A stretch of 39,894 bases of DNA from Licmophora abbreviata. Lineage: Eukaryota. This document shows positions 1-13,357 of this stretch, piece by piece; position 1 is the first letter of the stretch; each line of letters opens with the position of its first letter. The notes below the pieces were generated by a model, which was not told the origin of the DNA, searched no databases, and saw only the letters and a program-made list of their open reading frames with translations. A program made the translations under genes and the position numbers. Where the stretch lies: assembly GCA_900291995.1 (NCBI GenBank), contig OLMU01000707.1:1-39894 (forward strand). The letters run 5' to 3'.

Positions 1-567
1 TTTGACGTGGTGCTGGGTAGTACACCACACGTGGCTGCACCGAATAGCGACTTGTTTGGAAGCATGACTATCAAAGAAAGCAAACCAGTCTCCGAAGCGG
101 GAGCAAAGGAGACGCCACAGGACTCGTCAGGCCCGGTCCCGCTTACGGGAGCCTCGGCGTTCGGATTCATGAATGACGGAGCGAAACCCGCCCCCATGGA
201 AACACATCCGCCACCTCCGTCGAAGGAGGCATTTGATCCACTGATGAACATGTCGCCCAATTCGGCCAAAGCTGTGAGCAGTTTGCCCCCAGCGCAGATG
301 CAGGCGATGGCATATCAGATGATGTTGCAGCGACAGCAGCTTCAAATGCAACAGATGCAAATGGCGCTTGCCATGCAGCAGCAAGGAGGTAGACCCATGA
401 TGCAAATGTCGGCGCGTCAGGGAAGCAATCCTAACGTCATGGCAGCGCACCCGAACGCCGCAGCCTCGAACTCGTTCTCGTTTCTGGATGCGCCGTCCCG
501 GGCGAGTGAAGACAAGACCTTTGACTTTGTAAAGGACGCGATGAAGGACGAAAACCACAAAAAATAG
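1..567 (+). CDS. 3' end of a probable tepsin/MTV1-like AP-4 accessory protein (partial, starts before the window)
   Basis: The frame is open from base 1 to TAG 565-567. The low-complexity Q/M/P tail carries DLFGSMTI, SAFGFMN, NSFSFLD and terminal DKTFDFV, resembling the tepsin AP-4-binding motifs LFxG[ML]x[LV] and S[AV]F[SA]FLN and the plant MTV1 C-terminus. ENTH/VHS domains are outside the window. Confidence 0.55.
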   Translation, partial: FDVVLGSTPHVAAPNSDLFGSMTIKESKPVSEAGAKETPQDSSGPVPLTGASAFGFMNDGAKPAPMETHPPPPSKEAFDPLMNMSPNSAKAVSSLPPAQMQAMAYQMMLQRQQLQMQQMQMALAMQQQGGRPMMQMSARQGSNPNVMAAHPNAAASNSFSFLDAPSRASEDKTFDFVKDAMKDENHKK

Positions 568-702
568 CCACGCAACCGTGGACTCGTGCAAACCAACCAG
601 TACTAATATAGGTATGGAAATTTCGTTTCCCACACTTATTACTTTAGCTTTGTTACAGACGCAACTACACATTCTCGTTCACATCCCGTCCCCGTGCCCT
701 TC

Positions 703-3700
703 TCACTGCTTGGTCCCAACCGCTCCAAAGATTGACGACCAGAAGGAGGGAGCAATCCAGTTGAAAGCGCTTCCGCGTAGGTACTTGCTGGCGCCTTCGT
801 GAAGCTCCTCCATAGTAACTTTGTCGTACCTGGCAATGCTCTTCACCAGCTCGTTCTTGGAGCCGTACTCCGGCTTCTTCTCGAGCTGATCGCAGGCATG
901 ATTCACGTCGAAAAGGGAATCGAGATACTTGAGCTGGTTGTGAACGGCTCGTTCAGTACAGACAGGATGCACCCGACCAGCGCAGCCGCGAGCAAGGCAT
1001 GTGCTTGGACCAACAACGGAGAGCTGGCGAGTGGGACTTGAATGAAGAGTGCAGCTGGGATCGTCACATTGCACCACGCCGAAGTAGTACTCCTTCATTT
1101 GACGGTGCACCATCACGGACACAGCATTCGAAATGCGCGCCATCACGTCCAGGTGACTGTCGGTTCCCCAGAACTCTGGGTGCTCACAGTTCGGATTAAC
1201 GCACTGCAGTCCCGATGTGACAACGTTGGATCCATTTGTGTCCTCTTTCGTGGTGAAAAACACGCCAGGAAATTCGCTCTTGACCCCGCATGACAGGCAC
1301 GTGAGCTGGAGCTTCTCTACGTCTTTGAAACGCTCCTCATCGGACAAGCATGACGCAGGGGTGTAATCCACAAGGTTGTCGTCGTCAATGTCTGCACCTG
1401 GAGCTTTCATCAAGTGGTTGTACTTGGCTGAATCCAAACCCAACTTCTCCGCGACGACGGACTGCGACATGCCTTCGATCGGCTCGATGAGACGGGACAC
1501 AGGCGGAAGGATCTGCTGCGCCAAGTACCATTCGACATCTGGCTTGAGGACTCCCCCGCTACGTGCAATTTCTTCTGGGTGCCGTGCCCGATCGACCACC
1601 GACTTGCTCTTGGATGGAGCCTCGTCTCCGAGCGGCTCCGTTATAACGTAAGGAATGTGGTCTCCAGTATTAACGGGGCGGTTATTCTTGAGAAGCATTT
1701 TGGCCACATGGACATGAGGCTGCGACCGGGCATCCGGATAGTCGTTCGGGTGTTTGCTCAAGCCCTTTGTAATGACATATTTCTCCACGGGCAGCTCTCC
1801 GTCGCGCATCTTCTTCGCGAGCTCCTGGAGGTGTTCGTAAATGTTGTTCACGACGCAATCCTTGTCGCCACGGGAGAGAATCTGGTCTAGCACGTATCGT
1901 CCTGTATCTTTAGACTGGACGCACCAATCTCGGCGAACTTGGTCGAGTCCCTTGGTTTCTTTGCCGTAGATGGGATCACCCGCTGCGTTCTTGCCCTCGA
2001 CGGTAACAGCCGCGTACTTTTTCTTCTTTAATAGCAGCATCGACTGGAAGACACCATCGATTTCTAACTCGAGCGTCCTGTAGAGACGATTGACTTCTCG
2101 TTTCACTTTTTCTCCGAGGTTGTACACTTTATCCAATTCTTTCGGTTCAGTGATGCCGGTGTTGATCATGATACTATCAGTATCACCGTAGATCACATCC
2201 AGTCCGACGCTCTCCTGGGCAATGTCCACTGTACGTTGAAGCGTCTCTCTACCCATGGCCGTGATTAGAGCAGCGATCGGTTGTGCATAGAATCGAGAAT
2301 GGGAGAAGCCGAGGCAGCCATACATGGAGTTGGCGGTCAGCTTCAGAGCTTTCTGGCGAATATCGAGCTAAATGCAGAGCATCAAACAGGATTAGAAACG
2401 GGTTTTCCGGATTGCACAAAGGGTCTCGTACTTCTTACCTCATCTTTCTTGTCACTATCTTTCTCGTTCTTCATCAGCTTCTTCACGGCGCGACGGCGTT
2501 CCACGAGACTCTTAATCACGCGTGGAAGAACACCTCGCTCGACCGACTCGTCCGGTACCGGTGGTAGGACGCTTGACGAGTTGCCATCGTTTCCAGACGA
2601 GACTTGCTCTTGGAATTGAGACCACTCCATCGTGGTAAAGCAAAGATTGTACTCCTGAATCAGAGACGGATATAGACTGTTAAAGTCGAGGAGGAGTATG
2701 AAGCTGTCGTACAGTCCTTTCTTCGGTTCCAGGACCAGTCCACCACTGTACTTGGCCTTGCCGCTTTCCCCCTTCTGCTTTCGTCTTTTCTCGGGAGGAA
2801 TGAACTTCAACTGGTGGAATTCATGAAGCAGCAAATACTCGTTGCGCTCTGCTCGATTTCCTTTCATGGTGTGAGACCAAATATTTCCTGCTACACAAGT
2901 GAGCTGCTTCGTCAACGGAAGAATTTGCAACTTGAACATGAGACGCTGGACAAGTTGGGCGTCGTTGAGGGTGTGACTGGACAGCTGCACGATCGACTTG
3001 CTGCTGTTGAACCACTGAGGAACGTCTACTGGCTCGATATCGGTGCGCTGAGTCCTCAGTTGGGTTGCAGCAAGATTCGTAAGGGAATACGTCGTCTCAC
3101 GGAGTAGCTCCTTAGCACTAATATACGTATCGCACAAGAGACGGCCGGAAAGGGCGTCCACGATAGCCCAGTCCTTGCCGGCAGAGAAGTGCGTCTTGGA
3201 AGGAAGCTGCATCTTGCGACGGCGTCCGATCTTCGACCAAGCCGAAACCTTGTGCTCGATACATCGCGACAGGAGCACTTCCATGTCGAAGCCGAAGGCA
3301 TTGTGGCCGACGATGACGTCCGGATCCCACAAGCCAATCTGCGCGAAAAGACGGCTCAGAAGAGCCCGCTCGTTCGGCATACGCTGAAGCTGGGGCATGG
3401 AACACTTGATTTCTTGATCAATGTCTCTCGGGAATTGCGGAAGAACGTTGGTCGCACTTGCCGTACCAGCGCTTCCCAGGGGTCGGATGAGAGAAATTTG
3501 AGTCATGTGACGCGTCGACTCATCTGATGCAGTATCGAGAAGCACCTGCTTGTGGCAGATCGCACTAACAGAAACGATTTCTGACTTATGAGTCTTGGGA
3601 TTCACAATAGTCTTGAACTTTAGCGACATGCTGACAACGGGCGGTGGGGGGCGGGGAGTGCCAGTCTCAACGAGATCTAGTCGAGAGATACTTTTCGGGG

Positions 3701-5622
3701 TATCCAGCTGCACTTCCAGCTTGCACCAGGAAAGAGGAGTTCTGGCAGCAGCTGGGTCGCGAATGCGGATCCAGCACGGACCCATGAGCTTGCGCTTCAT
3801 GATAAAGTTCTCCAAGGTTGATGCACCAGCGCCCAGGATCTTTTCAATGTACTTTCCACCCTCTGCACACACCTCATGTGGAGGCACGGGGTACTTCGCG
3901 TCGTAGACGACTTTAAGATACTGCGTGTCATTGCGAGGAATCGACTGGTCCTCGAACGCATATTTCCGACTGACGACCTTTCCGGCCCAAGAAGCGCCGG
4001 CGACGTGCGGAATGCAAGACGGCTGGAGAATCGACTTGACTTCGCTGTGCACGTCCATCATGTCGACGTATTCATCGGAATTGGCTTTCTTCTTCGGGAG
4101 GAAAAAGAGATTACGAAGGTTGTTCGTCACTAGTGCACAGCAGCTCACGTAGGATGTCAAAGACTTGTCGCCGACGTTCTGATCGACGGCGACCTTTCCA
4201 AAGAGGAGAATGTCGCCACTGCGTTCGACAGCATCAATCCAAAACATGTCCAGGAACTTCTCTCCGTCCTTCTCTTTTAAGACGCCCTCAAGATTTGCGG
4301 CAGCAGTAGCACCGGTAGACTCCTTCCTCTCGACGGCGATATTGTCGGGCTTGAAAGAAGCCGAGGATGTATCGACATTGGTGGGCGCAGTTGTTGCAAG
4401 AATCCGATTGTTCGCTTCAAGTGTTTCCGATTCTGCGACAGCCTTTTTTTGTTGCTCAAGAGCCGCCTTGGCTGGGGCAGAGATTCGTCCGAGCTTGTTC
4501 CTTCCAAAACGCTTCCTGGTGGTTGGGGCGGGCGTGACTTCTTCCGCAGCTCCAATTGAGCCGATGGCCGTCTCGGCTGTGGGAGATTCGTCATCGACTT
4601 CCATCGTCCCCTCCTCCGACGTCTCGGCTTGGAGTTTCATCTCGGTGGCGGTAGAATCATCAGGAACTTCTGAAGCAGACATTGTCTTCTGGGGGCTCTT
4701 GTCTTCCGCTTTGGCTAGCGAGGTCGCGGCTTCATCCTCGTCGTTGGCCCAGTCCGCATTGAGTTCGTCATCATGAAAGCCACCATCGTAGCCATCGTCG
4801 TCCTCGTACGTCGGCTCAAGTTCCTTAATACGTCGAGGCTCGCGGCGCTTTACTGGATGATTGACGGGTGCTCGAGGTTTGCGTTGACCCTGTGCTACGA
4901 CGACCTGCGCCGCCATATGTGCCACGCACACCTCGCCGACGGGAGGTTGGAGCCCGCGGTGTGCTGATAGAATCGAGTCCATCGAGGAGCGAATCCAAGC
5001 CACAAGCAGCACCACCAGAGGCTCCGATGGAGTGTGTGCGCCTAGCGGTAGACGATGAGCCGGCTGTGGCAGAAACTGCTCCGCGCTGGACGAAATCCCA
5101 CATGGACGCATTTTTGTGCGGAGAGTTGTCCTCGGTAGTGTCGTCACGCTTCCCTTTGTTGGCACGCATTGCGTTGGTTTTGCGCGCTTTACGAAGGGCG
5201 GCGTTCGTGAGATTTGCGGTCGCAGCAGAACGCTTCTTGGGTCGGCTGTCTTCCTCCTCGTCTCCAAGACGTTCCTCGCCGTCGTCGTAGTATCCGAGTC
5301 CGTCTGGGGAGGTGGAAACCAAATTTAGAAAAGTTTAGTTGTACATCGCCGAATTCGACGGGGGAAATTTCCAGCCTCTCAATCATCACATGGATGACAA
5401 AGAAATTAAATGGGACTCACCATCGTCGACTACAAAGTCCTCACGCTGGCGACGAGACTCGACCAGCTGCTGATACTCGTCTTCGTCGACGTACTCATAA
5501 ACGTCGGCTTCCTCCTTTACTTCGTACTCGTCGGTTCGCGAGACGCCTAGTCCTTGCTCTTGGCGAGAGCGCGCTTCTCGCATGGCTCGGAGCGCAGCTG
5601 ATTTCTGTGCTTTCGACGACAT
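703..5622 (-). CDS. POLA1: DNA polymerase alpha catalytic subunit
   Basis: N-terminal [30 protein letters not shown] motif; family B motifs [22 protein letters not shown] and YGDTDS; C-terminal CysA/CysB. Introns 5420-5304 and 2438-2368. A frame change near 4850-4930 is either a 79-nt intron (4931-4853) or a 1-nt indel. Confidence 0.97.
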
Positions 5623-5709
5623 GGTCACTGTCCATACATTTGCCGAATGCAGCAAAAGTGCAGTCTCACTATGTGTGCGACCTGTGACTTGCGATGGGGC
5701 AGTGGAGAG

Positions 5710-5734
5710 TTCGAAATGCTGTGCGCGCCAAAAA
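5710..5734 (-). promoter_or_regulatory. E2F-like site plus CHR-like element upstream of POLA1
   Basis: The minus strand reads TTTTT-GGCGCGC-ACAGCAT-TTCGAA, about 90-110 bp upstream of the ATG. Confidence 0.6.
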
Positions 5735-6169
5735 TTTCTCGCACTGGGCGAGCGCGCACATCTTCCATAAGTAAGAACTGTCATTGGTCCTGACTCGACT
5801 CGACTGACTCTCACACTCTCTTCATTGAGCGATGATACATGATACTGGTACCAGTTATGAGAGTTAACCACCATGCCGCTCATAAGAAGATGCATTTAGA
5901 CCTTAGGTGACGGTACGACTTGCTGCAGCACCGGTGTAGATCTCTAGAAGCAAGCTGATTTTGAAGCAGAGTCCGATCTTGCAAGACGAAGACCGGAGAG
6001 ACCGTACAAGACGATGGTGTCGTACGAGTACAAAATCGCCGACACAGACATACATAGATACTAGATTTGATAGATTTCTGTCATCATATTCAGGTCGTCT
6101 CAAAGCAGAACGCGGCTTCTCGCACCGTCACATCATAGCGCGCTACGATTACACTCAGACTTGACCAGT

Positions 6170-9100
6170 TCAGCTTGCATTCGCAGTCGCTTGTGTTCCA
6201 AACTCAAGAGTCTGCTGGGATGGCCCACCAACTTGAGCCCCCTTCGCGGGTGGTTTCATGCGGTGAATCTTCAAGGTTGGAGACGGCGTCAAGCTCGAGA
6301 CGTCCTGCGGGGTGATAAAGATGAACTGACGATGCTTCATAGTCTGTGCCGTCTCAATCTGCATGCCGTTGGCGACGAATGGAGAGTTAGACACGGTTTG
6401 GGAGCGTCCGCTCGAATCAAAGCGCTGTCAAAAAAGGGCAGCGCAACGTGCTTACCAGTTGCTTCATGGCGATCTTACGGGAAACCGGATCAAGAAAGAC
6501 ATCGAACTCGTCCATCACACGAAAAGGTGTCTCAAGCCTTTCCCCGAGGGCAAGGAGCAGTGCGAGTGTTGTAAAACTTCGCTCGCCGCCACTGTGGTGA
6601 AAATCAAGAGCACAGTGCGAATAGTTAGTCAAAAATGCAGTCGGCAGGCACACCAGAATCCTAGAAGCGAACCAACCTGAGCGCCTTGACGTCCTTAGTC
6701 TGGCTCGATTCCTGCGTATTGTCTTTTTGGACGACGAGATCAAGGGCACCTGCGACGTGGTCGAATTCCAGCTCTCCGGAACTGCCCTTCGTGTTGAGAA
6801 TTTCGTCGAATGTGGTGTTTGTCATCACCGAGATGTGCTCCTGAAACTGTTTCCATCGGCGCTTGCGATCTCTGAGATCAGAAGTCAAGAGTTTCTCGTT
6901 CTCTTCAATCTGCCCAATCTGGTCCATCCTGCCTTGCAAGATTGTCTTCGCTCGACTGAACTTCTCGTACGCAACCGCTGGGTCAGTTTCGACGAGCTCA
7001 CGCCTCACCGTTTCTTTCTCCAGCTGCTTCTTCGCACGTTCGGCCTTGGTCTTGTAGAATGACGACTCCTTGGGATGATACACGGGCTCGATGGCCGCGA
7101 GCTCCTCCACGGTTGGCCCGTCCTTTTCTTCTCGCTCACTGTCGTGGGTCGTTTCGCCTGCTTCCTCCGCTTCCTTCTTTTTACGATCGGCGTCGCGTAC
7201 GAAATGGAGCAGCCTAGCCTTTCGAAGAGCTTCGAGACTTCCCGTGCGAGCCTCCTGCACGTTTGCTTCTTGCTTGGAGATGATCTCATCGATTTGCTGG
7301 ACTTTCGCGCGCTTTTTCTGAATCTGGACCTCCCGCTGGGACATTACACGCATATGTTCCTCCAACGATTCCTCTGCCTCCTTCATGTCAGCGAGCACCT
7401 TCTCGTTTCGTGCCGTCACTTCCTCCAAGCGAGCTCTCGTTTCGTCGACAGCTGGTGAAAGGTTTTTCATTTCCTCATTGATCTGAGCGGCCCTTTCTTT
7501 CGTCGCCTCCACGATCTCCTCCGCACTGCCAACGTCGGCCTCAAGTTCCGTTGTGTCAATGTCGACATTGGCCGACTCTTCCGTCTCGGCCCTCAAATCC
7601 GAGATCTCCTGCTCCAAGTGCTCTAGACGAGCTGTCGACTCGAGATGTTCCTTTCGCACTTTGTTCCATGTAACTTTGTGCGCCCTCTGCTCACTAAGAA
7701 CTGACTTCTGGTCCGCCTGTCGCTCTTTCAGTTCATTTTCCAACTGAGCAAGCTCGCGCTTGGCCGAGTTAAGCGCTGCCGTTTTGTCGGCGCCAATTGT
7801 CGTCCTCAAAGGGTTCCTGCTGTCGCGAGAGATCATGGAGCGAGATCCCCTGTTGACCTTCCAAAAGTCACCGTGCGGCAAAAAGTACACCTCCTTGATG
7901 TTTCCGCGGATGGCCTCGCGGCCATGGCTGTCTCGGATGAGAAGACTTCGTTCGCCAGAGTCCTTGGAGTCGGCAAGGGCACGTTGGTCGATACGACATT
8001 GATCGACAAGGACGTTGAAAACGAGATCATTAGCAACATTGAGGCAACTGGCGACAGTTTCAACATCTTCAGTGGGCGGAGGCGGAACGCTGTATCGAAG
8101 CGCGGTGGCCGTCTGATAGACGCTGCATTCCCCACGCCTGCAGCCAACATCCTGCCGCATCTTCATAAACAGCTGACGGTCGGCATCGTTCGTTACGATG
8201 AAGCGATCCAAGCTTCTGCCGCCCATTGCCAGCTCCGCAATTGCAGCGAACTGTTCCTTGCCGTCGGCCACCTTGACGTGCGCGCCAATGGGACCAATAA
8301 CCTTTCCACTCCACTTTCCGTTCCGACGAGCCGCCTCGACGAGCTTGTGCAGCGCAGCACATTTCGGCCCAAAAATAGCGAGCGAGTCATTTCCACTTGC
8401 ATTGAGATCTCGAACCTTGTGTTCGACAGCGGTGACCTGAGACTTGAGCGAGCCAACTCGCTCCTTCGCGCTGTCGACGCGGGGTTCGAATTCTTCGTAC
8501 CTGCGGTGGCTCTCGCTGATGGTCTGTCGTCGGAGCTGATCCGTGCTGCGAAGCTCCTCGAGTTCTTTCTCGCTCTCTTCCAGTTTAGCCGCACGCTCTG
8601 CTGCGACGGTCTGGGCGGAGCCAGCGGCCGCACGGATCTTCTCGCGTTCCTCCTGCAAATACCCCTTGGCGCCCTTCAAGTTGGCCTCGGCCTGGCGGAG
8701 CTCCTTCTTGACCGCATCGAGCTCACGCTGCTTATGTTTGACGGGTGCCACGGCACGCTTGAGCTCCGACTCCAGATTTTTCTTGTCGTCCGCCGCCGCT
8801 TTCGACTCGTCAATGAGCTGGTCAATGCGATCCTTTCGGCGTTCCTTCTCGTCGTCGGGGCCGTTCGTGAGGCTCTCAACCTGCGTCATTTCCTCGATGC
8901 GTTTTTCGCGCTTCTCCTTGAATTTTTCTAGTTTCTATGGATGATGTAGAGCGAAGGAGTGTGTTGGAAAGGTCGAAGGGAACCAGAAGCACGAAATCGA
9001 CACCGGTTGCAACTTACCGTCTCCTTATCGGTCGTCTCCTCCTTGAGCTCGCTGTAGTACGCCCACGCGTAATTCACTTTGAGATCTTCTACTTTATCCT

Positions 9101-10106
9101 GAAGCTTTTCGAGTTCCTGAAATTGCTTCCACTCGTTCTTGAGTTCTTCAACGTTCTGGACCGCCTCCTGCATGGAGTTCTGCACCTTGGTCTTGAGAGA
9201 GATGAGGTCGTTTAGATTGTCAGTGACGGCGGCGTAGGATCGGTCAATGCGTTCGAGCTCTGTGGCCTTCATGAAGAACGTGTACTTGTCTTCGGCCTTT
9301 CCCGTGAGAAACTTCTTGGCTTCTTCCTGGTCCAAGACGGCCACCGGATTCTCCACTTGAATGTTGAGCTGGTCGAGCATGGCGTCGAGATCCTTTTTCT
9401 GGCGGCTTACTTCCTTGCCATCTTGAGACAAGAGCTTGTATCCGTTGTAGCCGCTTCGAAGAGAAATCGTTCGTTCGATAGTAATCTCATCACCGTACCG
9501 GTCGTGTTCATAAGCGTCGTTTCCCTTGTTAAGAATAGTCACGCGGACCTTGGCTCCGCTACAGTTCTCGCCGGCCTCCTTGCGAACTAGATCTTTCAAG
9601 TTTCTGGCTCGGTGTGTACGACGAGCACCCGCCCCGAGGCAGATCTGAACGGCAGCAAGGATCGCTGATTTCCCGCTGCCATTTTGGCCGTGAATAAAGT
9701 TGACGTTCTCGCACAGCTCCACCGTCAACTGAAGATATCAGCAAGAGTGACGGCAGTGCGATACAGTACGTGAGTTCCAGTATTCAAATTGGGGCAAAAT
9801 TCGCATCATCTGGTCATTTCTCAAGTCTTTCTTTACCTTGCGATGGCACATGAAGTTTTCAACATAAACTTTGGAGATAATTCCAGCTTCCGGAGAGCGG
9901 CCTTGATGGTTGAGGCGTTTGAGGGGGGATCGTACTTCTTCTTCGTCGTTCAAAGCCCCGTCGTCCTCGTCATAGTCCACAGTTTCTCTGTTTTCCTTGT
10001 CTTCCTCGGAAACTCGAGGGCGTCGGGCCGCAGGGGGACTCGCACATGCGTCTTCTACCCCTCCCGCGGTGGGGCTGTCTGCTTCGGAAGGCCGTTTGCT
10101 TCCCAT
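6170..10106 (-). CDS. SMC6: Structural maintenance of chromosomes protein 6
   Basis: VENFMCH, Walker A GQNGSGKS, coiled coils and hinge, signature LSGGERSF, Walker B PFRVMDEFDVFLD, QFIFITPQD. Introns 9836-9729, 9017-8935, 6676-6592 and 6455-6359 give one continuous frame. Confidence 0.95.
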
Positions 10107-10181
10107 CGTCGTGTACAAGTGCGCCGTGAATGACAATGCGGAATGCGGCAAAGTTCCAAGCGAGATACCTGTATCATACGG

Positions 10182-10257
10182 GGCGCGCCAAAATCTGAGA
10201 GGAAAACTCCGGGTTTCATGTGACGTAGATGATTAATTTCAAACGCGATATCGCGCC
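10182..10257 (-). promoter_or_regulatory. E2F-like site and GGCGCGA-N7-TTTGAA composite element upstream of SMC6
   Basis: The minus strand has GGCGCGA-TATCGCG-TTTGAA (10257-10238) and TTTTGGCGCGCC (10193-10182). Confidence 0.6.
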
Positions 10258-10392
10258 TCTCGGAAGAACCAGCTAGTCTACTCTATGCTCACATGTTCAC
10301 AGTATCATACCGGGACCAGGTAACACGATGTCTACCAATTTTTACAAGCCTTACCCAACCGCTACCTAGCGACGCCTCAATTTTGGATATTC

Positions 10393-12839
10393 TCACATGA
10401 TTGGCCGATTGGAAGAGTACTCGCGAACTGATCCGTCGGCAAGTGTCAGTCGCAGTGTGCCCAGACTCTCACTGTCCATGTCGTCGTCATTCCAGTTCCC
10501 TTCCCATTGGTCTCCAGATGCAAACATGCATGTTCCAGTTCCCTTCCTCCTACCATCTTCAAATGATCCAACGTATACATTGCCATTGGCGTACTTTTTC
10601 GTACCGAACCCGTCTGGAAGCACAATTACGTGGAGGTCTCTCTGAGACCGACGCTCGTTCTCCGAAAGCACACGAGATTGCCCGGAGAAGATACTGCCGT
10701 CACTATAACATATTCTCCACTTTCCATTCAGGGGGTCGTCGTTGCTAAACATGCCTTTGCATAGTGTGCCCTCTGACTCGCACTTGACGACGCCGAATCC
10801 GTGCCGTTTCCCTTGTGAAAACGATCCTTCATAGCAAACCGTATCTAGCGGGTTTGAATCGTTTCGAGTCATCAATATGCCTTCTCCGTGGTACATCCCG
10901 TTCTTCCACGCACCCCGATATATGACTTTGCCTCCCGCCTTGTCAAGCAATGTCCCTATGGAGCCATCTTTCTGTCCATTGAAGAAACTCCCTTGGTATA
11001 CTCGACCGTCACTCATGGTTTCCATTCCTCCTCCGTGCCGAAGCCCACCACGCCATAGGCCAACATAGACAGTCCCGTCGCGTTCACAAAGCGTTCCTTT
11101 CCCTTCAAAGACACCTTTCCGAAAACTGCCATGGTACGAACTGCCGTCGCTCAAGATGAGTGTCCCTAAGCCATGCTTTCGATCGTCCCAGAATTCGCCA
11201 GCGTACTTGCCATAGTCCGCGTGAATAAGAATACCATATCCAGAACGAAGACCCTTGTGAAACTCGCCAGTATACGTACACCGCGATCCCTTGGAAACGT
11301 ATACACCATACCCTATCCGCTGGTTGGTACAAGAATCCAGTGCTCCAAGGTACGTGTCGCCGTTGGCGTAGGTATGAAGCTCGGCTCGAGTGTCCTTGGA
11401 ACTCCGATCTGTTGGCATGCTATTTTGACGCGGTCTTCTACGAGACTGCCCTGTGTCTGGCATCTGTCCATATTCGGTGTCGCTCGTCCGGTGAGCAATT
11501 ATGTGGAGTGACGTCTCGAGTGACTTTGCCATAGCCTGCTTGAGAAAGAGGAGTTGTTTATCACGCTTGTTCCCTTCCTCGTCGTCTTCGTCGTCATCAA
11601 CTGAAGCTTCTACTCTCAGTGTCGTCGCGATCTCGCAGAGCGTGCCATCGGTCTCCTCGAGAAGACTCATGCTCACGTTCATGTCTTCTGACCACGTCCC
11701 TGAGAATTCGGTTCCATTGGCGTCCGATAAGATCCCATTACCGTGTCGACGTCCTTCAACAAAGTTTCCTGAGAAGGAGTCGCCGTTCTTGTGCGTGTAA
11801 ATACCATAACCGTTTGGCTGGTAGGTTTGCACTTCGCCGACGTATGTGTCACCGGACGGATAGAGGAAGCGCCATCCGTTACCATCAACAGGCTTTCCCA
11901 CGAGCCACTGTCCCTCATATGTTATGCCATTACTCAACATTTTAAGTTGTCCATGTCCATGGCGTTCGTTGGCAGCAAACGCTCCCGTGTAAACTTGCCC
12001 AGTGGGCGTCCACTCGGTCCCTTCACCGTGCTTGAGACCCCGTCGATAGAAACCAGAATGAACGTATCGATTGGTCCAGCCGTCGTCTTCGTTTTCGACA
12101 CTTCCTGCGTTACTAGACGTGTCCACGTCGGTGTCTTCTACGTCAACATTCCGTTTGAATGTCCCGTAGCCATCCCTCGCCCCGAGCCTGAACTCCCCCT
12201 GAAACTCTCCAACGTCTGGTTCTAGCTCTCGCCCCGTTCCATGCATGAGCCCTTCTCGGAACTCTCCGGTATATTGATATCCGCTAGAATGAACCAGTTC
12301 TCCGCTTACGTCATGAAACAGCCTGTTTTCAAAGTGTCCCCGGTACGTGAATGTATCCGTGACCAGCGTACCGTACGCGGGTCGGTCGTCTACATAGGAC
12401 CCAAAATAGTTGGCTCGGAGAACGAGAGGTTGCATGTCAGTTTCGAAGGACCAATGAGTTCTCCCTCATCGCTCGATGACTGTTCCTGTATGCCTGGCGT
12501 GGGATGTGATAACCTTATATTCTTGACGAGCGCACCGTCTCCATGTCGATGTCCATTGTTGCAAAACGGCCCTTCGTAGATCTCGCCGGTCAGCACGTAC
12601 TTGCGCGTCCCATGGAGCGGCTCTCCAATGATACCATCAATCAACCCTGTGAATGAATCAAACTTTTCCTCGACGATCAAGTTGGTTTCGGGATCTTTTG
12701 CTGGCAACTTCCTGTCCACTACTTGTCGGACGGGCACACCGAACTCTTCGGCATGAAACGAGTTCGTCTCAGCGTTGTACGAAGGCGTGAGACCGAGTAG
12801 CTCAAAGTCGGATATCGCATTCTCCGCCAGTCCTTCCAT
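10393..12839 (-). CDS. Large MORN-repeat protein (frame discontinuity near 12460)
   Basis: Many YxGxF/WxxGxxHGxG repeats lie in two blocks separated by an acidic/low-complexity linker. Upstream ORF 12390-12839 also has a MORN unit (YEGPFCNNGHRHGDG) and overlaps the main ORF in a different frame. The start is uncertain. Confidence 0.8.
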
Positions 12840-13357
12840 TTTAGTAGAGAGTACTTCAGGGGCAGTCTGGGCAATTCTACCGGAACTGGTAGCTCATACC
12901 GTCGTCGCAAACGGCCCACACAGGTATCGAAATCCCATCGGCCACTTTCAATTTTGACACTTCTTCGAACTTATTGACATTTTCTACGGGTCATTCTGCA
13001 GTGACCCTGTCGGCGCGCCAAAACTGGATGACGGAAGGACGCCAACTTTGGACTTGCGAACCAAATCACAAATCACGAACTCCACAAAACTTACTCGTAC
13101 ATACTCCGATAGTACACAAAGTACGCAACAGGACCACATACTTCGTAGTAATTGACCACAGCCCACATCGCAAGATAACACCTGCATGTGATACGATACC
13201 TGGTATCATACCCGTCTGTCTTCCATAAGGGACAAAGAGTAGTGCGATAAGCTTTTGGACTGCAGAGGTCTTGCTCGTTGACAGTAATAGTCTTGGATTG
13301 TACAATCGCATCGAATTGAATCGAATCGGCTACTTCGCTTATCGATCCCCCGGCACC

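Noticed and set aside
295..410. CAG/ATG-rich stretch as a microsatellite
   Set aside because: It is imperfect and explained by the Gln/Met-rich coding sequence.
7873..8931. 352-aa plus-strand ORF
   Set aside because: It is an antisense shadow of the SMC6 coiled-coil exon with no recognisable motifs. The same applies to the many short ORFs opposite POLA1, POLD3 and SRP54.
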